Part shown: one piece after another, positions 1 to 9,626 of the stretch
How positions within the stretch are numbered: position 1 is the first letter of the stretch
Layout: each line of letters starts with the position of its first letter
Assembly: GCA_027063215.1 (NCBI GenBank)
Contig: JAMOSE010000140.1
Span: forward strand, 1 to 38,902
DNA: 38,902 nt
Origin: Sulfurimonas sp.
GTDB taxonomy: Bacteria > Campylobacterota > Campylobacteria > Campylobacterales > Sulfurimonadaceae
Reading direction: 5' to 3'
Program-made: the position numbers and the translations under genes
Notes under the pieces: model-generated
Database searches by the model: none
What the model was told of the DNA's origin: nothing
Seen by the model: only the letters and a program-made list of their open reading frames with translations

Positions 1-542
1 GCTTCAAGACGCTCATGGATCTCCACTTTGTCTTCTTGAGCTTTATTATCCATTGCATAGAGCATAGAGTGCCCTGTACCATCTGATGTATAACAGGTTC
101 TCCACTTTTTTGTACCACCAAAATCACGTGCGGTAATAAGACCATGTGCCTCTTCTTTTTCTGTAATAGTCACTTTTTTGGCATTAATAATGGCTGTTCT
201 GTCACCCTTTTTAACTCTTGTCCATGGCACGCCCCAGTAAGCCAGTTCCCGTATAGCTTTTGGTGCACAGTGTGTAAACATACGTGCTACAACCTGATCA
301 GCACCCCAGTCACTTCCCTTGATAGTATCAGAAAAGTGGACATCTTCATTATCACCTTCACCCATCTTTGAGTTTGCCAAAGATGCCTGCATACCACCCT
401 GAGCTGCGGCAGAGTGACTTCTTTTTGGCGGTACAAGTGTTAAAACTATGGCATCATGCCCCCGCTCTTTTACACCAGTTGCCACACGCAATCCGGCAAG
501 CCCGCCACCAATGATCAGTACATCTGTATAGATTATATTCAT
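1..542 (-). CDS. frdA: Fumarate reductase/succinate dehydrogenase flavoprotein subunit, 5' part (runs off window start)
   Basis: Not in the ORF track; manual translation from ATG at 542 gives [21 protein letters not shown]...[15 protein letters not shown]...[12 protein letters not shown]...[16 protein letters not shown]-binding GxGxxG and the covalent-FAD His motif SHSxxAQGG are present. ATGA overlap with the frdC stop. Confidence 0.95.
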   Translation of the reverse strand, partial: MNIIYTDVLIIGGGLAGLRVATGVKERGHDAIVLTLVPPKRSHSAAAQGGMQASLANSKMGEGDNEDVHFSDTIKGSDWGADQVVARMFTHCAPKAIRELAYWGVPWTRVKKGDRTAIINAKKVTITEKEEAHGLITARDFGGTKKWRTCYTSDGTGHSMLYAMDNKAQEDKVEIHERLE

Positions 543-1267
543 TTTACTTCCTTTTGCAGACTTTTTTCTTGTGCATATGGAATTGAGATATCTTCATGCA
601 GCCCTATGTAGGTATATCGAGCAAGAGAAGCAAGCCCTACTAAAAGATACAGTGCTATAAAACTTCGCATTAATAGTTTAAAAAAAGCTCTTGATTTTTT
701 TGTACTCTCACCTTCCATAAAACCCCACTTTAAAGCCAAACGATACAACCCTATAAAAGCGTGCAGTACAACAGAGATCAAAAGTAAAAAGTATAAAGGT
801 CCCATAAACTGATCCACAACACGTGCAGAACTAAGATGTGGTCCTATATTTGCCGGTTGTGTCATCATAATATAGAGATGCACACTCCCTAAGAAAAACA
901 TCATAAAACCGGTTATTACCTGAATCATCCACAAAGATGTATCTTCATGTTTCATCCCTGAAATATGATTTTTCATAATTTTATACTGCTTATATGATGA
1001 TGGAAATTTTCGCATTGCTATAAAAGCGTGCAGTATAAAAACAGTAAAGATAGCAGCTGCTAAAAAAGAGATGATTCCCGGATAGCGTTCTCCAAAAAAG
1101 TAGTATCCTTCAAACATCAGAGTTACTCTGTGCATCATCTCATTGGAGATTAAGATAGAAGCTTCAAAAAGAATATGCCCCATAATAAACAGCGCTAAAA
1201 TAAGCCCTGTAGCGCTCTGCAAAAAATCAAGCCTTGCAGGTGTCTTATCGATTGCTTGTTTACGCAT
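539..1267 (-). CDS. frdC: Fumarate reductase diheme cytochrome b membrane anchor
   Basis: About five hydrophobic segments, QSATGL motif, heme-ligand His motifs [19 protein letters not shown] and [15 protein letters not shown], directly upstream of frdA. Confidence 0.93.
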   Translation of the reverse strand: MRKQAIDKTPARLDFLQSATGLILALFIMGHILFEASILISNEMMHRVTLMFEGYYFFGERYPGIISFLAAAIFTVFILHAFIAMRKFPSSYKQYKIMKNHISGMKHEDTSLWMIQVITGFMMFFLGSVHLYIMMTQPANIGPHLSSARVVDQFMGPLYFLLLISVVLHAFIGLYRLALKWGFMEGESTKKSRAFFKLLMRSFIALYLLVGLASLARYTYIGLHEDISIPYAQEKSLQKEVK

Positions 1268-1283
1268 ACTCTTTTTCCTTTAT

Positions 1284-1817
1284 CTATTTTGCTTTTGGAC
1301 GAAATGCTTTGATTACATCCTCATTTGTTTCAATATACGGACCTTCAATCAGATCAATACAATAAGGTACAGCAGGAAAAACAGCATCTAAACACTCACG
1401 AATCGATTTTGGTTTTCCCGGAAGATTGATAATAAGAGAATTTCCACGAATGCCCGCTGTTTGACGTGAAAGAATTGCTGTCGGCACATACTGCAGACTT
1501 ACCTGACGCATAAGTTCACCAAAGCCCGGCATCATCTTGTCACAGACATTTTCTGTAGCTTCCGGTGTTACATCACGCAGTGCAGGACCTGTTCCACCAG
1601 TAGTAACTACAAGACAACACCCTGCTTCATCACAAAGCTCTTTCATAGTAGCCTCTAGAACATCTTGTTCATCAGGAATACATCTGTAAACGATCTCAAA
1701 TTCACTTTTAAGATAATCTTTCATCGTATCTTGAATCGCTACACCACTGATATCTTCATAAATACCTTTACTTGCTCTGTCACTTGCTGTTATTACGCCT
1801 ATTTTTATTGCACTCAT
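1284..1817 (-). CDS. mog: Molybdopterin adenylyltransferase
   Basis: Motifs SDRAS.G.YED.SG, TTGGTGPALRDVTPEAT, MPGFGELMR, SRQTAG and NLPGKPKSI; SD GAGGAG upstream. Confidence 0.95.
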   Translation of the reverse strand: MSAIKIGVITASDRASKGIYEDISGVAIQDTMKDYLKSEFEIVYRCIPDEQDVLEATMKELCDEAGCCLVVTTGGTGPALRDVTPEATENVCDKMMPGFGELMRQVSLQYVPTAILSRQTAGIRGNSLIINLPGKPKSIRECLDAVFPAVPYCIDLIEGPYIETNEDVIKAFRPKAK

Positions 1818-1861
1818 ACATTTTCTCCTCTATATTCATTTTCTTTATTTTTAGTTAAATA

Positions 1862-1936
1862 GTTTTTATAAAGCCATATTGGAGAGGCTCAGACCAACGG
1901 GAGGATTTGCCCTCGGAAATATGGTTTTATAAAAAC
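1862..1936. ncRNA. Candidate structured RNA element: 19-bp stem enclosing a GC-rich inner hairpin, between bioV and mog
   Basis: 1862-1880 GTTTTTATAAAGCCATATT pairs with 1918-1936 AATATGGTTTTATAAAAAC (one G-U on the + strand). Symmetric GGA/GGA internal loop, inner stem GAGGC/GCCCTC and a 20-nt loop. Family not recognised. Confidence 0.45.
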
Positions 1937-1955
1937 GGCTTAAGCACTTATATAT

Positions 1956-2477
1956 CTACTCTGTTAATAAAAAATGATTCCCATTTTTTATATAAGTCAC
2001 GGTTGCCACATCCAAAAAGAACTCTTTTGCAGCAACACTATCTACTATCTGATCCCTGCCACCAAGATAGACCTCTATCACAACACCTTTATCAACCAAA
2101 GCTTTCAGATCCTTTCTACTCCACGCATACATTAAAAGCTCTTCTAACTCTTCTAATACCGTTACAGAGTGTTCTACACTTTTACGCTCATAAGGTAAAA
2201 AACAGGCATTGATAAACTGACGCAGATACTCCTCTTCATTTTTTCTGTATGCCATTAATTGCAGACGTTTAAACTTTTCATCTTTAGTCTGAAAAAATGC
2301 AGGAGAGAAAAGCTGTAATCTATCTACTCTCTTGCCCTCTTTTAAAGCTTTTTGCACATACTCAAATGCTTTTATAGCTCCATAAGAAAATCCACATACG
2401 GTATAGTCACTTTCGTTTATAAAAGGCTTGAAAAAATCTACTTCATTACAAAGTGAAAATCCACTAAAAAACTTCAT
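1956..2477 (-). CDS. bioV: Pimeloyl-ACP methyl ester esterase (BioV type)
   Basis: Small alpha/beta hydrolase starting MKFFSGFSL with nucleophile motif GFSYGA, LFSPAFF and C-terminal GNHFL. Lies downstream of the ftsH-like gene as in the Helicobacter aroB-mscS-mtaB-ftsH-bioV block. Confidence 0.8.
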   Translation of the reverse strand: MKFFSGFSLCNEVDFFKPFINESDYTVCGFSYGAIKAFEYVQKALKEGKRVDRLQLFSPAFFQTKDEKFKRLQLMAYRKNEEEYLRQFINACFLPYERKSVEHSVTVLEELEELLMYAWSRKDLKALVDKGVVIEVYLGGRDQIVDSVAAKEFFLDVATVTYIKNGNHFLLTE

Positions 2478-4119
2478 TGATATACTTCTTTACTTCTTCT
2501 TTTGTAATACTTTCTCGATCTTGTAAAATACTCTCTACACTTTTCATCACTTCTACTAGAGACTCCAAAAGCATAGTTGTCTCTTCATAAAGTCGAACAA
2601 GCAAGAGTTCTTGCTCCTCTTTAGCAACAATCAAAGCCGATCCCATTCCATACTCTTGAACCATCTTTCGTGTGATCTCTTTTGCCTCATCAAGATCATT
2701 TTTAGCACTGCTTGCATGTTCTTTATACTTCATATCACAGGCAACACTTCCGGCAATGAGCATTTTTACACGTGCTTCTAACTCCTGCTTGATAAAAGGC
2801 TCATCTGTAGCAGGTGTCAATTTTTCATTGGAGAGCATCAGTTTCTCAAACGACAGATCATAATATGTTGCAACAATCACCTTCCCTGCTTGATATGTAA
2901 TACGGTATGCCTTCTGTTTATCATTAAGCATTTTAAGCTTTTTCTTGCCAAACATCACTTTGTCTTTTACCTGATAAAAATGATCCAGTGTTACATGAAA
3001 ATCATTTTGTCTCAAGGCCAAAAGGGCTGCTTCATTTACTAATGTTGCCAAAGCTGCACCATTAAAACCGACGGTCATATTGGCAACTACTGAGACATCA
3101 AGCTCATGTGGTACTTTGGAGAGATACTTCATCAAAATAGCTTCACGCTCCCGCTTTGTAGGAAGCTCAACAAAAACACGTCTGTCAAAACGACCTGCTC
3201 GAAGCAGTGCCGGATCGAGAACATCTATCTTGTTTGTTGCAGCTACTACTATCACTCCACTAGAGCCTTCAAATCCATCCATTTCGGTAAGGAGTTGATT
3301 GAGCGTAGCTTCTCTCTCATCATTACGCTGTCCGTCACGTTTTTTCCCTACAGCATCGATCTCATCTATAAAGATGATAGAGGGTGCATTCTTCTTTGCC
3401 GCTGCAAAGAGTTCATGCACACGTTTGGCACCCATTCCTACATAGATCTGTACAAAAGAAGCACCACTTTGATAGTAAAAAGGAACATCTGCCGCATTGG
3501 CAACTGCTTTTGCTATCATCGTCTTACCTACACCCGGTGGTCCTACAAGTAAAACACCTCGTGGCATACGGGCACCAAAGTTTTTATAACGCTTTGGATT
3601 TTTCATAAAGTCTATGATCTCTTCAAGCTCAATTTTTACATCACTGATACCACCAATATCATCAAAACTGACATTACTCTTTATCGCTTCAATAGGCGTA
3701 TTCATACTTAATGGTACACTACTGTTTTTATTAGAACTATTTGTATACTCTACCTGTCTAAAGAAACCTCTATTTTGTAAAAATTTAAACACCAACGATC
3801 CAATACCCAAAAGCAAGACAAGACAGAGTATATAAATAATAATAGTATTTGATTCTTTCCCGACTACAACCTTATAATCAACAAACATTTTCGGCGTTAC
3901 TTGTGAAGATGCAATCTTATAGTAAGCATTATCAGTTTTTAAGTAAACATACTCTTTTGTAACAATAACTTTCTTAACCTCTTTGTTTTTCAGTAAAGCA
4001 TTTGCCTGATGGAGTGTAATTGCATCTGCATTATCACGCAGTATTGCAAAGAGAACAAGTACAATAATTAAAAATGCAGAAACAACAAGAATAATTCTGT
4101 TCGCCTTAGATAATGGCAT
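2464..4119 (-). CDS. FtsH-like membrane AAA ATPase with degenerate protease domain
   Basis: Two N-terminal TM segments, Walker A GPPGVGKT, Walker B IIFIDEID and [13 protein letters not shown]. The HEXXH zinc motif position reads YQAGK. Confidence 0.88.
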   Translation of the reverse strand: MPLSKANRIILVVSAFLIIVLVLFAILRDNADAITLHQANALLKNKEVKKVIVTKEYVYLKTDNAYYKIASSQVTPKMFVDYKVVVGKESNTIIIYILCLVLLLGIGSLVFKFLQNRGFFRQVEYTNSSNKNSSVPLSMNTPIEAIKSNVSFDDIGGISDVKIELEEIIDFMKNPKRYKNFGARMPRGVLLVGPPGVGKTMIAKAVANAADVPFYYQSGASFVQIYVGMGAKRVHELFAAAKKNAPSIIFIDEIDAVGKKRDGQRNDEREATLNQLLTEMDGFEGSSGVIVVAATNKIDVLDPALLRAGRFDRRVFVELPTKREREAILMKYLSKVPHELDVSVVANMTVGFNGAALATLVNEAALLALRQNDFHVTLDHFYQVKDKVMFGKKKLKMLNDKQKAYRITYQAGKVIVATYYDLSFEKLMLSNEKLTPATDEPFIKQELEARVKMLIAGSVACDMKYKEHASSAKNDLDEAKEITRKMVQEYGMGSALIVAKEEQELLLVRLYEETTMLLESLVEVMKSVESILQDRESITKEEVKKYINEVF

Positions 4120-5356
4120 AATTATGCTCCTTTTTTACTTCATACTTTGAAATGTTCACCCAGTTTCCAAGAAGATCTTCATCTGATTTTATCACTATTT
4201 TATTAAAATGTTGATCCAATCCGTGATAAAAACCACTTTTATAAGACTCCACCAACACTTCCAACTCTCCGTCAAAAGCCTTTCTAAAAGTATAGTTTTT
4301 TTCCTCTACCAAAGCCTCTATCTCATGCAAACGCTCTTTTGCTACTTTACCATTGACTTCCGGTTTCATTACAGCAGCCGGTGTTCCATCTCGTTTTGAG
4401 TAGGTAAACGCATGCAGATGTGTAAGAGGCAATACTTTTGCATTCTCCATCGCTTCTTGCCACAGTTCTTGACTCTCACCCGGAAAACCGGTAATAAAAT
4501 CTGTTCCTATAGCATAGCCTTTCTCAGCCAAAAACTCAAAAAGCTCTCTGTCTTGCTTATAGACATTACGACGATTCATAAGTTTGAGCATTTTAGGAGA
4601 TGTGTGCTGCAAGGCAATATGCATATGCTTCTCCATCCATGGCTCATCAAGGATCTCTTTAAACGCATCACCGATCTGAATCGGCTCTACACTCCCCAAG
4701 CGAATACGACGTACGCCACGGATAAGAGACATCTTTTTCATCAGCTGTGCCAGTGATGTTTGTGTATCTTGACCGTATGATCCGACATTGGTTCCTGTTA
4801 AAATAAACTCACCAAATCCATTAGAAGCCAATCGTCTTACCTGCTCTAAAATTCTCTGCTCCTCCATACTGCGGGCATCTCCACGCACAAAAGGAATAAT
4901 ACAGTAAGAACAACGAAAGCTACACCCCTCTTGAATTTTAATAAAAGCTCTGCTTTTGCCTACAAATTCATCAACAAGCATCTTATCAATGTGATTGAGA
5001 TCTCCCTTTTCATAAAAAGGCTTCTCTTTTTGTAAAAGGCGATCTATTTTCTCTTTTTCACTCTGTCCAAAAACACCATGAACACGCCCCTCTTTTAAAA
5101 GAGACTCCCCTTTTGTATGTGCACCACAACCGGTTAAAAAAAGCTTTTTTTCACTCCCTCTTTTTTCCAGTTGAGAAATGTATGATCGCACATGTGTATC
5201 TGCACCGTTTGTTACTGTACAGGAGTTAATCACTACAACATCAGCCTCTGCTTCATTTTCTGTAATATCATACTCTTTAAGCGAACTCATCATAACTTGT
5301 GAATCATAAAGATTTGTACGGCATCCAAATGTTTTAAAATATACTTTTTTTTTCAT
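4106..5356 (-). CDS. mtaB: tRNA t6A37 methylthiotransferase (radical SAM)
   Basis: UPF0004 N-terminus (KTFGCRTN, NSCTVT), radical SAM motif CSFRCSYC, DFITGFPGE. Confidence 0.9.
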   Translation of the reverse strand: MKKKVYFKTFGCRTNLYDSQVMMSSLKEYDITENEAEADVVVINSCTVTNGADTHVRSYISQLEKRGSEKKLFLTGCGAHTKGESLLKEGRVHGVFGQSEKEKIDRLLQKEKPFYEKGDLNHIDKMLVDEFVGKSRAFIKIQEGCSFRCSYCIIPFVRGDARSMEEQRILEQVRRLASNGFGEFILTGTNVGSYGQDTQTSLAQLMKKMSLIRGVRRIRLGSVEPIQIGDAFKEILDEPWMEKHMHIALQHTSPKMLKLMNRRNVYKQDRELFEFLAEKGYAIGTDFITGFPGESQELWQEAMENAKVLPLTHLHAFTYSKRDGTPAAVMKPEVNGKVAKERLHEIEALVEEKNYTFRKAFDGELEVLVESYKSGFYHGLDQHFNKIVIKSDEDLLGNWVNISKYEVKKEHNYAII

Positions 5357-7081
5357 TTATACCAGCTCATTATTATGTGCAACAGGTGCATCACTCTGCA
5401 TATCGATATTGAGTTTTTGTGTAGGGTATGCAATGGTGATATCATCTTCTGCTTTAAAAGCATCTATAATCTCTGTAGAGATTACACTTCTTAGTGTTAA
5501 AGTTCCATAAGCATTTGTCAAATACCACGCTTCAATATCAAGACCGTATGGTTCTATAAAAGAATAAATTCTCGGTTCTACATTGGTATTTTTCAAAGAG
5601 TAGTGCTGACGCAGTTTATTTAACTGTTTTCTTGTAATATCTGTATAGCCTTTTGAATACTTTTTCGTTATCTCTTTGACCAAATGCATTGCTTTTTTAT
5701 GGTTTGAATCAAAAGTAATTGTGATCTTTACACCATCCCATACTGTTTTTAGTGAATGGTGTGTATAGTTGGCAATCATACGCGTAAAAATATAGTTATT
5801 TGGGACAAAGATAATACGCCCTGCACGACGATTTTGCATGATAGAAGTCAGTGTAATATCTTCTAAAATAGTAATACGAAGCAAGGAAATATCTAAAACA
5901 TCTCCGACATATTTCATACCATCCATATCAACACGAATTCTATCCCCTACATGAATACTGCCACCAAATACAATAACAAGCCAACCCAAAATGGACATAA
6001 ACCAATCTTTCATCGCAATAGCAATACCCGCAGATGCAAATCCTAAGATAGTAACAAGGTAGCTTACATTATCTATATAATTAAAAAAGAGAATAAGCAA
6101 AATAATTGTAAAGTTTGTAAAGGTAATAATCTTGTTTGCCATATAGAAGCGTTCATTATCTGTTATATACTTTTTAACAATAAGTTTTAATAAGAAAAAA
6201 ATCAAAAATACAAATAAAACAGCTATACCAATTCGTGCAAGTCTGTAGATCTGCTTTTGAATTCCTTTATTAATACTGATCTTTGCAATCTCAAGACGTT
6301 TTTGATAAACATCCAGTGTTACATTCATTGTATCAAGTGCTCGCTCAAAACGTTCTAATTCCGTCTGTTTTGTCTTAATCTCTTTTTTATATTTTTGTGG
6401 ATTTAATTCTGCTAATTTTTTATAAAGCTCAAGTTCTTTTCGAAGAAGAATTATCAGTGTATTAAGATTTTCTTTTCGTTTCTTATAATCTTCAAAGTTT
6501 GCATCAATTGTTTTTACAAGCGAAAGTCCTGTAAAAATTTCAAAAGGATTTGCGATAGTTGGAACTTCATCAATTTTCGGAGGGGTGATCAATTTGGAAA
6601 AAGGCGCACTACTGTCACCTTTGAGTTTATTAATCTGTGATGTCAAGATACTCTCTTTTGACATCAATCCCGTCAATTCATCCATATCACTCGGGGTTTT
6701 GGCATTTTTTGAAAGCCATTTAATTCGTTTTTTGATTGTATCAAGATTTCGTTTTACTTCTAAAGATGTAAGATACGATGCATAACTTTTAATCCAAACA
6801 TTTTCATCAGAGATTTGTGATTCAAGTTGATTGAGTTGATCCACATATTGACGTATCATTCTTTGAATACGTTTTTTCTCTTTTTGGGCAGCTTCTTCAG
6901 CTAAACGAGCCGCTTTCATTTTCGCCTCTTCAGCCATTTTTGTTACATTAATATCTTCTTGTTCCTGTTGCGTTACATTTCCATCCAAAACAGTACTTTG
7001 TACAACAACGTTCTCTTCTGCCAATAAAAAAGAAGAAAAAAAGAGACAACTCAAGATATAAAATAGGAAAAGAAACTTCAT
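5357..7081 (-). CDS. MscS-family mechanosensitive channel with long periplasmic coiled-coil N-terminus
   Basis: Signal peptide, helical charged region, three TM segments with GFASAGIAIAMKD, and IHVGDRI / VPNN motifs. Confidence 0.88.
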   Translation of the reverse strand: MKFLFLFYILSCLFFSSFLLAEENVVVQSTVLDGNVTQQEQEDINVTKMAEEAKMKAARLAEEAAQKEKKRIQRMIRQYVDQLNQLESQISDENVWIKSYASYLTSLEVKRNLDTIKKRIKWLSKNAKTPSDMDELTGLMSKESILTSQINKLKGDSSAPFSKLITPPKIDEVPTIANPFEIFTGLSLVKTIDANFEDYKKRKENLNTLIILLRKELELYKKLAELNPQKYKKEIKTKQTELERFERALDTMNVTLDVYQKRLEIAKISINKGIQKQIYRLARIGIAVLFVFLIFFLLKLIVKKYITDNERFYMANKIITFTNFTIILLILFFNYIDNVSYLVTILGFASAGIAIAMKDWFMSILGWLVIVFGGSIHVGDRIRVDMDGMKYVGDVLDISLLRITILEDITLTSIMQNRRAGRIIFVPNNYIFTRMIANYTHHSLKTVWDGVKITITFDSNHKKAMHLVKEITKKYSKGYTDITRKQLNKLRQHYSLKNTNVEPRIYSFIEPYGLDIEAWYLTNAYGTLTLRSVISTEIIDAFKAEDDITIAYPTQKLNIDMQSDAPVAHNNELV

Positions 7082-8130
7082 TACTCTTTTCCAAAAGTCT
7101 CTAGAACAGCAAGTACTGTATCTTTGTCGACACTATCTGTGATTTTTACACCACCGATACCAACAGGTAAAATAAAAGTAATTGATGCATCTGAGCTCTT
7201 TTTATCTAAGAAAAATGCTTCATAAAAACGTTCTACATTTTCAATCGTATAGCTTGTAGGAAGCTTATACTTCTCTAAAAGCTTTTGAATACGTAAAGCT
7301 TCCTCTTCCTTCATAAGTCCAAGTTTGACTGAGAGTGCATTTGCCATTACCATTCCAATAGCAACTGCTTCACCATGCAGATACTTTTTATATGCTGTCT
7401 CATTCTCTATAACATGTCCAAAAGTGTGTCCATAATTTAAAGCAGCTCTAAGTCCATGCTCTTTTTCATCTTTTGCAACAACACCTGCTTTTGTCTCAAC
7501 TGCTTGCTTAATCGCTTCTTGCAACAAAGTCTTATCACTGAGATCAGCCTCTTCAAGATATGCAAAAAAATCTTTGTTAAATGTTACAGCCATCTTCACA
7601 ACTTCAGCTACACCCGCACCAAACTCACGTTTGGGTAAGGTTTCTAAGAAGTATGGATCTATATAAACCGCACGAGGTTGATGAAATGCACCGATAAGAT
7701 TTTTTCCGTAACTGTTATTTATCCCGGTTTTACCACCTACACTCGCATCAACTTGAGAGAGTAATGTTGTAGGAATCTGCACAAAATCAATACCACGCTG
7801 ATAAATGCTTGAAGCATATCCTGTCATATCTCCGATAACACCACCGCCAAATGCAATGAGAAGTGATTTTCTATTAAAACGGTGATTAAAGAGTGATTCC
7901 AAAATCAGATCAATAGATCCCTGATTTTTATAATTTTCCCCATCAGGTACCGTAATAATATAGAGCTCTTTTGCTCTAATCTTTGAAAGAAGGTAAGAAA
8001 GATGCAAACCTGCAACTTTTGGGTTGGTAACAATAGCTACTTTTGTATCATAGCTAAGCTCAGGAATTGTGTCTATTGTGATGTCATAAGAGTTATCAAT
8101 AACTTTTTTTAAAGAAATATTTACTTGCAT
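7081..8130 (-). CDS. aroB: 3-dehydroquinate synthase
   Basis: GGGVIGDMTG, PTTLLSQVDASVGGKTGIN, LNYGHTFGH and HGEAVAIG motifs. Confidence 0.97.
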   Translation of the reverse strand: MQVNISLKKVIDNSYDITIDTIPELSYDTKVAIVTNPKVAGLHLSYLLSKIRAKELYIITVPDGENYKNQGSIDLILESLFNHRFNRKSLLIAFGGGVIGDMTGYASSIYQRGIDFVQIPTTLLSQVDASVGGKTGINNSYGKNLIGAFHQPRAVYIDPYFLETLPKREFGAGVAEVVKMAVTFNKDFFAYLEEADLSDKTLLQEAIKQAVETKAGVVAKDEKEHGLRAALNYGHTFGHVIENETAYKKYLHGEAVAIGMVMANALSVKLGLMKEEEALRIQKLLEKYKLPTSYTIENVERFYEAFFLDKKSSDASITFILPVGIGGVKITDSVDKDTVLAVLETFGKE

Positions 8131-8190
8131 TATCTGTCCAAAAATATAATATGATAGATAATACTTAAAATTTGCTAAAAAGCTGCTAAA

Positions 8191-9597
8191 TCAAAGCTGT
8201 ACAGGTATAAAAATCTGATGATAATCATCAAGTTTAAAGTAGAGTTTTTCACTATCTGTTGAAAAGAGTGCATAAGCCCTTCTTGTAGTTAATTTTGCTG
8301 TAAAAGGAAGTATCTGAACAAAATTCTTTTTTTGTTTCAGGGTACGAATAGGATTATCATTTTCTTTGATCACTTTAATGGATTTTGAGAAGATAGTAGA
8401 GAGATTATAATAGTGTTCTATTACCTGTTCTTTCTCTTCTTGATGTTCGTGGACATAATTATAAAGCTCGAGATTGAAATTCATCTGCTCAGAGATATCA
8501 AAAATTGTAGCAGATATTTTTTCTAAATCTCTATTGTCAGAAAGAATTAATGCCGCATCTTTCACAGAAGAAAAGCTTCTGTGAGAAAGTTTCAATACGG
8601 GAACATGGACATCATAGAGAGCACGTCTGACATAATAATCAGCAAACATTTCAGCAGATACAATAACAAGTCCAACATGATAAAATTTTACATCATTACA
8701 AAATGTCTCTTTGAGATTAATACTGTCATAATCAATATCCACAATAATCTCTAAATTACGGTACTCTTTAATAAGCTGCAGTAATGCAATATTTGAAGGA
8801 TTTACAACTTTAATAACCAGATCATGTTTAAACTTCGTATGCACATAAACGGCACGTCGCACCAACTCTTTTATTTTTTCATGTGGAACTATATTCATAT
8901 CAATATAGAGTAAAATATTTGTTCCAAAAGGTTCAGGAAACTGACCGAGTTCACGTTTAATGGCACGATACACAGATTTAAGTACTGCAGGTTCTCCAAG
9001 CAACAAAAGTAAATCATTAGGCTGGATCATACGTCTGCGTGATGGCATTAAAAGCTGTCTGTTTCTATATATTGCCACAATTCGCCAGTTTTTTTGCTCA
9101 ATTACCCCAATATGACGATAAACAAAAGAGCTTCCAAAGGGAACCAAAACTTCCATTATCTCACCCTCTCCAAGACCGACATTTTGAGCAATCACAGGAA
9201 CATTTGGAAGATAATCAAGCATACGGGAAGCTAAAATCTCATTTGCATTGACAAGAACAACATTGGCATCCTCATTGGTCATCTTCCATTGGTTTAAGAC
9301 AATAATACGAAGCTGTTTTTTAATGACTCTGATGTTTTTTATACTGTTTTCTACATCACTTTGATTATCCATGGCAATAATCACCTGAATAAACTCCATC
9401 TTAAGTAGATTTGAAAGTTTATAAAAGCTTGTAGGATCAAACTCAAAAAACTTAAAACGGGCAGGATTAGCATCAGGAAACTCTTTGGCTTTGAGTTGCA
9501 CTACATAGTAAATATTTTCACTTGTATATGTCTCTGCAACCCTTTGAATAAAGTGCTCACCAATGGCACCATCACTAATTATCAATATTTTTTTCAT
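8191..9597 (-). CDS. COG3400-type protein with RCK/TrkA-N-like and TrkA-C domains
   Basis: Rossmann-like start ILIISDGAIGEHF; TrkA-C-like segment GLGEGEIMEVLVPFGSSFVYRHIG...WRIVAIYRN. Position upstream of aroB is typical of Campylobacterota. Confidence 0.7.
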   Translation of the reverse strand: MKKILIISDGAIGEHFIQRVAETYTSENIYYVVQLKAKEFPDANPARFKFFEFDPTSFYKLSNLLKMEFIQVIIAMDNQSDVENSIKNIRVIKKQLRIIVLNQWKMTNEDANVVLVNANEILASRMLDYLPNVPVIAQNVGLGEGEIMEVLVPFGSSFVYRHIGVIEQKNWRIVAIYRNRQLLMPSRRRMIQPNDLLLLLGEPAVLKSVYRAIKRELGQFPEPFGTNILLYIDMNIVPHEKIKELVRRAVYVHTKFKHDLVIKVVNPSNIALLQLIKEYRNLEIIVDIDYDSINLKETFCNDVKFYHVGLVIVSAEMFADYYVRRALYDVHVPVLKLSHRSFSSVKDAALILSDNRDLEKISATIFDISEQMNFNLELYNYVHEHQEEKEQVIEHYYNLSTIFSKSIKVIKENDNPIRTLKQKKNFVQILPFTAKLTTRRAYALFSTDSEKLYFKLDDYHQIFIPVQL

Positions 9598-9603
9598 GAT
9601 GGT

Positions 9604-9612
9604 ATTATATCA
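9604..9612 (-). promoter_or_regulatory. Extended -10 promoter (TGaTATAAT), probably giving a leaderless mRNA
   Basis: Minus strand reads TGATATAAT-ACCATC-ATG. The hexamer is 6 nt from the start codon and there is no SD. Confidence 0.65.
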
Positions 9613-9626
9613 GAAGTTTCAAACTG

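Noticed and set aside
1862-1936. Canonical Moco riboswitch or SRP RNA call for the hairpin upstream of mog
   Set aside because: Too short, lacks the multi-stem GNRA architecture of the Moco motif, and lacks the SRP CAGG...GGAA...AGCAG core.
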